Source of the DNA: a virus
Reading direction: 5' to 3' (one strand)
Virus record (IMG/VR): IMGVR_UViG_3300025886_000013
Length of the DNA: 64,000 nucleotides
Shown here: positions 50,056 through 56,988 of the stretch, one piece after another
Numbering within the stretch: the first letter of the stretch is position 1
How the letters are laid out: each line of letters starts with the position of its first letter
Notes under the pieces: model-generated
What the model was told of the DNA's origin: nothing
Database searches by the model: none
What the model saw: the letters and a program-made list of their open reading frames with translations, nothing else
Made by a program: the position numbers and the translations under genes

Positions 50056-51537
50056 TACTCTTTCTAATAATATCCAAGTTTGATTAGCCAGCATATTAAA
50101 TTCTATTGTAGTAGATGTGGCTCCAGCAACATGATTTATATCTAAGTTAATGATGTCATTAGCAGTAAAACTAGCAACTGTTGTCATAGTGTTTGTGGAC
50201 AAATAAGTTGTTTGTGCTGAACCGTCGCCCCTACCATAGCTATATGCTGCTGAACATGGTAAAATAGAAGATCCACCTCCTGGATTTAGTATTATTTTTG
50301 TATGATAATTTATTCTACCACCGGCGGGTTGTACTTGACTACTGTTTATAGTATAAGTTATCTTATAAAGTCCTGTCTTCAGTATAGTGATGTCTTTTCC
50401 AGACTGAGTATAAAAAAGAGGATCAGCTATTATATTTGCATTCCACACTACACTATTATTAGTAGTCGTTGAACCAGCTCCAGCGCCTACTGTCTCATTG
50501 TAATTCTGATTTGCGTTTATATAGAATTGTGATATGCTACCTCTTGCTACACAACCCTCTACTTTTACATCGCCACCAAACCACGATGATGCCTTTACTG
50601 AAGTGCCTAAAGTAGCAGCAGTTCCTTCTACATAAAAATTAATATCATTAGAGGCTGATGCATCATAAGCTTTAGACATTGCAGGCACTACTGGATTAGT
50701 TAGAATCATAACAGTGGGAAAATTAGATACGTTTACCCAACCGCGGATTACATCATACTTTACAGGTGAACCACCACCATAAGTACCAATCATTTCTACT
50801 ATTTTATTATCACCTACATTCTCAATGCTAAAGTTTCCGCTGTTTTGAGATATTTGTGTGCTTGACAAACCTGGTAATGTATTCTCTATAGTGATAAGCG
50901 AAGTTGTTCCCGTAGAGAGCACCGAAAGATTAGGATCGGCATGACTTAGCTTAGCGAGCCCGTCTTTTTTAAGTATAAATAACTCATCTCCGGCAGAGTC
51001 TATTTTTACTATCTTGGTTGTAGCTGTAGTACTTTCATTGACTATTTTTAGCGACTCATTTACGTTAGCTGTACCAGTTGTCGTTATAGTTAAAGTAGGA
51101 ACAGAATCCGCTATATTGGACTCTACATGAAGCTTAGAATCAAAAGCATGAGCGGTAGTTCTCAAGCTCACCATTCCAGAACTATATTTTAGATCGTCTG
51201 CTGAAGCAAATGCTCCTGCTGTTGCACTTAGTTGAACAAGACCAGCTGCTCCTACTGAGGCGCTTGTACTAAAGGCTGTTCCTGTTCCATCCTTTAATGA
51301 ACCAGAAACGATTACGTCGCCATTAAATAGAGTTGAACCGTTTCCTGTTGCATAGTCACCGCTCGCCTCACCATGAAAATATACAGATACATCTGTCCCT
51401 ATATCAGTAGTAACAATTGTATTCACACCATCATCGGCTACGCCGGCAAGCTTAGATGAATAAACAAAAAGAGGACTATCAGTTTTACTAATAATTTTTG
51501 ATGATTTAATTTGTCCAGCTTTAAAATCTTTTGCCAT
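50050..51537 (-). CDS. Tail-fibre-like protein with C-terminal C1q/TNF-like jelly-roll head
   Basis: Beta-rich Gly/Thr/Ser body; ITILKTGLYKITYTIN..VASFTANDIINLDI. Confidence 0.6.
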   Translation of the reverse strand: MAKDFKAGQIKSSKIISKTDSPLFVYSSKLAGVADDGVNTIVTTDIGTDVSVYFHGEASGDYATGNGSTLFNGDVIVSGSLKDGTGTAFSTSASVGAAGLVQLSATAGAFASADDLKYSSGMVSLRTTAHAFDSKLHVESNIADSVPTLTITTTGTANVNESLKIVNESTTATTKIVKIDSAGDELFILKKDGLAKLSHADPNLSVLSTGTTSLITIENTLPGLSSTQISQNSGNFSIENVGDNKIVEMIGTYGGGSPVKYDVIRGWVNVSNFPTVMILTNPVVPAMSKAYDASASNDINFYVEGTAATLGTSVKASSWFGGDVKVEGCVARGSISQFYINANQNYNETVGAGAGSTTTNNSVVWNANIIADPLFYTQSGKDITILKTGLYKITYTINSSQVQPAGGRINYHTKIILNPGGGSSILPCSAAYSYGRGDGSAQTTYLSTNTMTTVASFTANDIINLDINHVAGATSTTIEFNMLANQTWILLERVG

Positions 51538-51540
51538 TTT

Positions 51541-51774
51541 CTATTCTCCGAAAACTATATAGTTTACAGTCATTGTTGATCCTGGAATATCACTTGTTAG
51601 CATTGTGAATCCAGTTGTTGTTATGTCTTGTATTGTGATGTTTATATCGAGATTCGAATCATATACAGTAGCACTCACAACAGGAATTACTGTATATTCA
51701 CCGTTTAAAGTTACAGCTACACTCGACTGACTAGGCGTGAAAACTACTTTTCCAGTTTCATATATCGAAATCAT
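51541..51774 (-). CDS. Small H-type-lectin-like/fibre-tip protein
   Basis: YETGKVVF..VAVTLNGEYTVIPVVSAT..ITTTGFT..VNYIVFG; start set at TAATG overlap (51774). Confidence 0.55.
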   Translation of the reverse strand: MISIYETGKVVFTPSQSSVAVTLNGEYTVIPVVSATVYDSNLDINITIQDITTTGFTMLTSDIPGSTMTVNYIVFGE

Positions 51775-52094
51775 TATTCTGACACGTAAATAGCGTGAAA
51801 GTTGACCCATCCTGTAAACGTATCACTTGTATTAATTGTCACGCTTGTAGTTGAAATAAGAGTAACAAATACGTTTAAATCTTCTACTTCTGCAACTGCA
51901 GTAATCATAGGTATTGCTGTAAATGTCTCAACAAAAGAGTATGTTACTGATGCAGTTGCGTCAAAGTATACTCTACCTGTCTCTATTATAGTTTCTTTGT
52001 CGAGTTCGCTTGTATATACAGGTCTTCTTCTAACGTATGGATACACTTTTTTAAATACGTTTTTATTTATCTTTTTTGATTTAGTTGCACCCAT
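51774..52094 (-). CDS. Small H-type-lectin-like protein with basic N-terminus, paralog of 51541..51774
   Basis: IETGRVYF..VTYSFVETFTAIPMITA..ISTTSVT..VNFHAIY. Confidence 0.55.
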   Translation of the reverse strand: MGATKSKKINKNVFKKVYPYVRRRPVYTSELDKETIIETGRVYFDATASVTYSFVETFTAIPMITAVAEVEDLNVFVTLISTTSVTINTSDTFTGWVNFHAIYVSE

Positions 52095-52117
52095 TAAGAA
52101 TCCCGTTTAGTATTAAA

Positions 52118-52125
52118 TATAAATA
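52118..52125 (-). promoter_or_regulatory. Putative late promoter motif TATTTATA
   Basis: Exact 8-mer 23 nt upstream of ATG at 52094. Confidence 0.55.
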
Positions 52126-52145
52126 TTACGAAATTATTTTACTTT

Positions 52146-53450
52146 TCAAATCATTTTTGATATAGCAGTGGCAAGTTCTGATCTTTCACCTTTTTGTAAT
52201 GTAATGTGTCCTGAAAGATGTGATGATTTCATTTTTTCGATAAAGACGGTAAGCCCATTAGACAATGTATCTATGTAAGGTGTGTCTATCTGCTCAAGGT
52301 CACCAAGAAGAATGATTTTTGATCCTTCACCTATTCTTGTTACAATGGTCTTAAGTTCATGAACAGTTAGGTTTTGAGCCTCATCAACAATGAAAAAAGT
52401 ATTTGCAAATGTACGCCCACGAATATAAGAAAGAGGAGCTACTTCAAATTGCCCTTTCTTTCTCATCATTTCAAAATAAGATAAATCATTAAATGCCTGT
52501 CTAAAGTTATCAACAATAGGTGCAAGCCAAGGATCCATTTTCTCGTTAATATCACCAGGCAAGAATCCAATCTCTTTACCTACTGGTTGAATCGACCTCG
52601 TAATAACAATTCTTTCATATTTTTTATCGTTAATCCCAGACAGTCCTGCCATAAGAGTTAGGAATGTTTTACCTGAACCTGCTAGCCCTGACAGAGTTAC
52701 TAAGGGCACGTCATCTCTTGTTAGTAGATCAAGTGCAAATTTTTGTTCTTTATTCCTTGCACTTACATCAATTGTTCTATTTAGAAATTCTTCTACTTTT
52801 ACTAGTCTGTCTTTTTTGTGATCATATCTACATATGCAAGATTGTCTTGATGAGCTAGTCTGTAAGACAACAAATTCATTAGGTATAAATTTGTAATCAA
52901 ACTCGTCTGCTTCAACAAAACCGTCAGAATAGAACTCATCTATAATTGCAGGGTCAAAATCGTTAAGCAAAACTTGACCTGTAAAAAACTCACTAGACTC
53001 TTTTACAATTCTATCTCTGTAATAGTCTTCAGCAGAAATTCCTATAGCGTCACACTTGACTCTAAAGTTTATGTCTTTAGTGATAACTATTACATCTTTG
53101 TCTTCATTTTCTTGTATGTACTTAGCAACACCAAGTATTTTATTGTCTCCATAATCGATCTCAAGACCATCTGGAATTTTATCATCATAACAATTTAGTT
53201 CAACTCTAATTGTTTGACCATTTTCTATCTCAACACCTTTGTTGATATTTCCTTTTGATCTTAGACCATCAAGGTATCTGTTTATGTACCTGGCGTTCTC
53301 TCCGATTAATGACTGCTTGTCCTTAAACCTATCCAGTTCATCTAGAACAACAATAGGTATAATGACCTTATGACCACTTAAAGTATGAATAGAGTGGCAA
53401 TCGTAAAGAAGCACTGACGTGTCGAGTATAAAAGTTTTTTGCTTTTTCAT
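52146..53450 (-). CDS. phoH: PIN-PhoH protein (PhoH2/YlaK type)
   Basis: PIN acidic residues LDTSVLL, DELD, GDNKI, TKDINFR; PhoH GLAGSGKT, GFLPGD, YIRGRTF, DEAQN, GDLEQID, RSELA. Confidence 0.92.
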   Translation of the reverse strand: MKKQKTFILDTSVLLYDCHSIHTLSGHKVIIPIVVLDELDRFKDKQSLIGENARYINRYLDGLRSKGNINKGVEIENGQTIRVELNCYDDKIPDGLEIDYGDNKILGVAKYIQENEDKDVIVITKDINFRVKCDAIGISAEDYYRDRIVKESSEFFTGQVLLNDFDPAIIDEFYSDGFVEADEFDYKFIPNEFVVLQTSSSRQSCICRYDHKKDRLVKVEEFLNRTIDVSARNKEQKFALDLLTRDDVPLVTLSGLAGSGKTFLTLMAGLSGINDKKYERIVITRSIQPVGKEIGFLPGDINEKMDPWLAPIVDNFRQAFNDLSYFEMMRKKGQFEVAPLSYIRGRTFANTFFIVDEAQNLTVHELKTIVTRIGEGSKIILLGDLEQIDTPYIDTLSNGLTVFIEKMKSSHLSGHITLQKGERSELATAISKMI

Positions 53451-53537
53451 TATTAAGAATCCTTTTCATTGTGAACAATTAAAAATAATAATTTATATTA
53501 AACTATAAATCCTCAATCATAAAGAGTAAAAATATAA

Positions 53538-53771
53538 ATGAATACGTGTTACATAGAGAACAAAACAAAGAAAACAAATTGTAAAAAAACTGAATGTAGA
53601 TTTTGGAACGAAAAATGTGAAAATAAATGTGTAATATCTGAATCTGCAAACGGCTCAAAAACATTACAAGAGATAGGTGATATTTTTGGCGTAACTAGAA
53701 TGCGTATATGTCAGGTAGAAAAAAAGATCCTCTCCAAGCTGGAGAAGATCCTTAACAAAGAAATACTATAG
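53538..53771 (+). CDS. Stand-alone sigma70 region-4-like HTH protein with Cys-rich N-terminus
   Basis: KTLQEIGDIFGVTRMRICQVEKKILSKL; five Cys in the first 35 residues. Confidence 0.75.
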   Translation: MNTCYIENKTKKTNCKKTECRFWNEKCENKCVISESANGSKTLQEIGDIFGVTRMRICQVEKKILSKLEKILNKEIL

Positions 53772-53779
53772 TAGTTTCT

Positions 53780-54022
53780 CTATTTTTTTGAAGTCTCTGA
53801 TTTGACTTTAGCAGTTTCCTTAGCTACTGACTTAACAGCTTGAGTTGCTGATTTTTTATATTTGCTCTTTTTTAAGACCTTTGGTGCGGCCTTAACTACA
53901 GGAGCTTCCACAGCTACAGGAGCCTCTACCGCTACAGGAGCCTCTACGGCAGCTGCTGCTGCTGCTTCTGCAGCTTTTCTAGCTTTTATTCTTCTCATTT
54001 TTATACGTTTACGTATGTGCAT
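53780..54022 (-). CDS. Lys/Ala-rich histone-H1-like basic protein
   Basis: Basic N- and C-termini around AAAAAA(VEAPVA)3; GGAG SD; upstream TATTTATA. Confidence 0.6.
   Translation of the reverse strand: MHIRKRIKMRRIKARKAAEAAAAAAVEAPVAVEAPVAVEAPVVKAAPKVLKKSKYKKSATQAVKSVAKETAKVKSETSKK
53894..53947 (-). repeat. Three tandem 18-bp in-frame repeats encoding VEAPVA/VEAPVV
   Basis: Imperfect unit GTAGAGGCTCCTGTAGCN read on the minus strand. Confidence 0.85.
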
Positions 54023-54054
54023 TGGTATTCTCCATTGATAATTTTACCATTCAA

Positions 54055-54062
54055 TATAAATA
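54055..54062 (-). promoter_or_regulatory. Putative late promoter motif TATTTATA
   Basis: Exact 8-mer 32 nt upstream of ATG at 54022. Confidence 0.5.
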
Positions 54063-54166
54063 TACTTAAAACTTAAAAAGTATAAAAAAGCTCTTTTCTC
54101 ACTGTAAGAACATAACTGATTAAAGAATAAAGTGATAAGCTACGGACAACAAACCTGTTTTAGTAT

Positions 54167-54246
54167 TTACCAAGCTTTACAAGACCAATATCTGGCGCTT
54201 GTTATCGGGTCTGGATTCTTCTTAGATGTGACTCTGATATTATCAT
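54167..54246 (-). pseudogene. Gene relic: out-of-frame fusion of an N-terminus (MIISESHLRRI) and a C-terminus (NPDPITSARYWSCKAW*)
   Basis: ATG at 54246 runs 14 codons to TAA; the -1 frame gives ..NPDPITSARYWSCKAW-TAA(54167); frames meet at AATC. Confidence 0.55.
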
Positions 54247-54279
54247 AATAACAAGTATTAATTGATTTTTAAAACATAC

Positions 54280-54311
54280 AAAAAAAGCTCTACTAAACTA
54301 TAGTAGAGCTT
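54280..54311 (-). terminator. Rho-independent terminator
   Basis: 11-bp stem AAGCTCTACTA/TAGTAGAGCTT, 5-nt loop, followed by a T run on the minus strand. Confidence 0.75.
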
Positions 54312-54476
54312 ATAGATTGGTTGAACAAACATCTTTTTTTTAGTTTAAATTCTAAATTAAAAGATAGCAACAATTTACCCTTTTCTATGTTGCCTCGAAA
54401 TCCACCTGTTAAACAGGGAAACCATTTTTATTTTAGTAAGTTTGTTACCTATTATTTGTTAAATTGTTTAAATCTT

Positions 54477-54665
54477 TCAAACAGATCTGTCAGTCTCTAG
54501 TGAAACCTTAACAAGTGCAGCGGCGTTGTTCTTTAAAAGGCGTAGCCCTTTACGAAGACGTGTTCCGGCTGTTTTGTTGCCATTTGCATTCTTTAGAAGA
54601 TCAACTTCAATTGTCTCAAGAAGAACCTTGAGCTCTTCAAATCCATCTGTTAAATTACTTTCCAT
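54477..54665 (-). CDS. Histone H1-like Hc1-family nucleoid protein
   Basis: 62 aa; DLLKNANGNKTAGTRLRKGLRLLK matches the Hc1-family signature GNKAAGTRARK; GGAG SD. Confidence 0.8.
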   Translation of the reverse strand: MESNLTDGFEELKVLLETIEVDLLKNANGNKTAGTRLRKGLRLLKNNAAALVKVSLETDRSV

Positions 54666-54683
54666 AGCACTTACTCCATATTG

Positions 54684-54926
54684 TTAAAGTGGTGATAATA
54701 TAATATCACTTACATCATTATTTGTAACATTATTTTTTATATCATGTACAGCACCAGTAAGTATTCTTAGTGCATTTTGATCTTCTAGTTCCATGGCAAT
54801 AAGATTAATTAGTTGTAGCTTTTGTTCTTCATCAATACCGAAATCCATAATAACTTGATTGATTTCCCTAACCTGAAGGCTTTTGTCAGCCTTTTTTTCG
54901 TATGTTGATTTTCCATATGTTTTCAT
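54684..54926 (-). CDS. Hypothetical protein
   Basis: Helical ORF; start placed at MKTYGK immediately after the upstream stop (ORF track gives 54938). Confidence 0.55.
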   Translation of the reverse strand: MKTYGKSTYEKKADKSLQVREINQVIMDFGIDEEQKLQLINLIAMELEDQNALRILTGAVHDIKNNVTNNDVSDIILSPL

Positions 54927-54927
54927 A

Positions 54928-55395
54928 TTATTCTCCAATTGTTTCTTGAAATGATTCGCTTTTTATTTTAAATTTTCCATCACTTACAAAAAGAAGTGAC
55001 TTTATCTGTATATTATCATCTGTTCTCTCTTTTGATAATATAATTTTACTACCCCACATCTCGTTTTCTTCATAGAATTCAGCTAGTTCCCATAAAGAAA
55101 TATCACAATTGTTTGTTTCTAAAATTGATTTTAGTTTATCTGAAACAGACATACCTATATCGAATTCAGTTGGTATAGTTGAAGTTTCATCCCTTCCTCC
55201 AAGAAATTCAGACTTACAAAGATCAACAACGTTATGTAATTGACCACAGTTATTACACTGCGCAAGCTTTGCTTCACAAATTCCGTCATTTAAAATAGAG
55301 AATACTAAAAATTTATGAAATATTGGATCTTTTCTTTTTCTATACTGAGGTAATACACAATGACACTGTATTAGATGTCTAATTCCTTCTTTCAT
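54928..55395 (-). CDS. Putative zinc-binding hypothetical protein
   Basis: HLIQCHC and QCNNCGQLH motifs; ATGA-coupled to the chaperonin-like gene. Confidence 0.6.
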   Translation of the reverse strand: MKEGIRHLIQCHCVLPQYRKRKDPIFHKFLVFSILNDGICEAKLAQCNNCGQLHNVVDLCKSEFLGGRDETSTIPTEFDIGMSVSDKLKSILETNNCDISLWELAEFYEENEMWGSKIILSKERTDDNIQIKSLLFVSDGKFKIKSESFQETIGE

Positions 55396-56684
55396 CTGTC
55401 TTCCATAATAAAATAGTTAGTTGACTTTAAATCTTTTTTAATTTGATTAGCAAATTTTAGCGATATTAATAGTGACGCAGCTGAGATGTATTTTTTATCA
55501 TTTACGTTTTTGATTATTCTTGTAAGGCTGGTATCTGCTGTTTCAATTTTATTTTTCTCTATTATACCAAATTTAAACAGTTGAGTCAAATGACGAAAGA
55601 ATCTATCACAATCTTCAATTATCATCGGGTGTTTATTTAATAATTCTGTTCCAATGTCTACGTTAATTGTATTTGAAGTCAAACCTTTTAGTCTTGCATT
55701 AATGATGTCTTTGTTTATTTCTGGATTCCTTAACTTTTCAGTAAGGTTTTTTATCAAATTATTAGCTGTTTTTTGGTTTTTTGAATTTGATACTATTACG
55801 CTGGTACTATTTATATCAATAGTGACACCTGCCTGTATCCCATTGATTAGTGACATAGATATAATATCACCCATATCGGATGAAGCTATTGTAGCTCCAG
55901 TGATGACTGAGAGGTCTTTTAACATATTTAACGTATTCTCTTCCATAGGGACTTCAATAGGAATAATCGTAAATGCATCTCTAAGATTGTTCGTGTGAAT
56001 AGTATTTAAGACATCATCACCAATAGTTCTTGCAAACAAGACATAGGGTTCTTTAGTTTTGTGAGCCAGTTCCATGAAAGAGTTAATCTCTGATATCTCC
56101 ATGATAGCTCCGTCTATTAAAACAACGTTAGCGTCTTTAAATTTTGTCTTTTGTTTTAGAAAGGCAGGATTAGTCTTAATCGGAATAACGTTGTTAAACG
56201 TTTTATGAATAATAGTGTTAGGTTGTAATCTTTTTCCAACAATAACTTTTGAATTTTTGTCCGATATGTCTAATATGTCAGTTATTAGACTTGATATTAC
56301 TTTATCTTCAAAATATTCTTTTATATATTTTTTAATGTAGGCCCTATCTGGGCGCAAAGATTGTTTATTTAAAGTGTTTATAACATCATCTGAAATGTCT
56401 AAATCATTGTTAAAAATGTTCATCAAAAAATTTAAACAAAGGTCAGATGAACCAGGTGACATCATCTCGGCTTTGATACTTGAATTTAGAACAATAGACT
56501 TAATAAGTCTTATTTCGTTTTTATGCCTACTGTAGACAGCTGCTTGAGTAACAGATTTTGTCTTTAATGTTGTATTGTTAAACAAAGAAAGCTTTTCACC
56601 GACTTCTGTTAGAACAGAAAAATCAGTGAAAAGCTTATCTATGCTTTTTTTTATTTCATTTGAGTTTTTGATTTTGCAAAACAT
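55392..56684 (-). CDS. Degenerate GroEL/Cpn60-like protein (apical domain retained, ATP-binding loop lost)
   Basis: NVVLIDGAI..KEPYVLFARTIGDDVLNTIHTNNLR..MLKDLSVITGATI; INARLKGL; GDGTTT replaced by SPGSSD; 430 aa. Confidence 0.75.
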   Translation of the reverse strand: MFCKIKNSNEIKKSIDKLFTDFSVLTEVGEKLSLFNNTTLKTKSVTQAAVYSRHKNEIRLIKSIVLNSSIKAEMMSPGSSDLCLNFLMNIFNNDLDISDDVINTLNKQSLRPDRAYIKKYIKEYFEDKVISSLITDILDISDKNSKVIVGKRLQPNTIIHKTFNNVIPIKTNPAFLKQKTKFKDANVVLIDGAIMEISEINSFMELAHKTKEPYVLFARTIGDDVLNTIHTNNLRDAFTIIPIEVPMEENTLNMLKDLSVITGATIASSDMGDIISMSLINGIQAGVTIDINSTSVIVSNSKNQKTANNLIKNLTEKLRNPEINKDIINARLKGLTSNTINVDIGTELLNKHPMIIEDCDRFFRHLTQLFKFGIIEKNKIETADTSLTRIIKNVNDKKYISAASLLISLKFANQIKKDLKSTNYFIMEDR

Positions 56685-56706
56685 AAAATATTTTACAATA
56701 AAATAA

Positions 56707-56943
56707 TCAAATTGTTTTTAATTTATCTTCTTCTACCCAAATTATAATATTGTTATTTCCCTCTACGTTAACTAAATCACGTGAATTGACATTAATTGCC
56801 TTCATGTTAGATCCGACCCAAGACATTTTTTCATACTTGGATCCTGGTTTAAGAAAGACTATCTCGTCAATATTTGGGTAATAAAAATTATTATTTCCAA
56901 GTATAGATCTATAAGCTTTAATTCCATTCAATGTTTTAGTCAT
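56707..56943 (-). CDS. Small beta-rich hypothetical protein in the groES position
   Basis: 78 aa with GAGG SD, directly upstream of the GroEL-like gene. Confidence 0.55.
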   Translation of the reverse strand: MTKTLNGIKAYRSILGNNNFYYPNIDEIVFLKPGSKYEKMSWVGSNMKAINVNSRDLVNVEGNNNIIIWVEEDKLKTI

Positions 56944-56988
56944 GTTAACCTCAATATGTAGTATTATAAACTAAAACAATTGATTGTA

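Noticed and set aside
50974-50981. Additional exact TATAAATA on the plus strand
   Set aside because: It lies inside a coding region with no nearby start and is consistent with background frequency.
26482-52094. Diversity-generating retroelement acting on fibre or lectin genes
   Set aside because: No reverse transcriptase and no ~100-bp template/variable repeat pair differing at adenines were seen; only a 14-bp match.
54202-54220. Programmed -1 frameshift joining MIISESHLRR to NPDPITSARYWSCKAW
   Set aside because: No X XXY YYZ slippery heptamer or evident stimulatory structure; deletion at the AATC microhomology is simpler.
54413-54426. ACAGGGAAACCATT resembles the 5' part of a c-di-GMP-I riboswitch as I recall it
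   Set aside because: The following GAAA tetraloop stem, GCAAA element and P3 are absent, and it does not lead a downstream plus-strand gene.
54023-54476. tRNA or tmRNA in the largest intergenic gap
   Set aside because: No cloverleaf, TTCGAA T-loop context or CCA end was recognisable.
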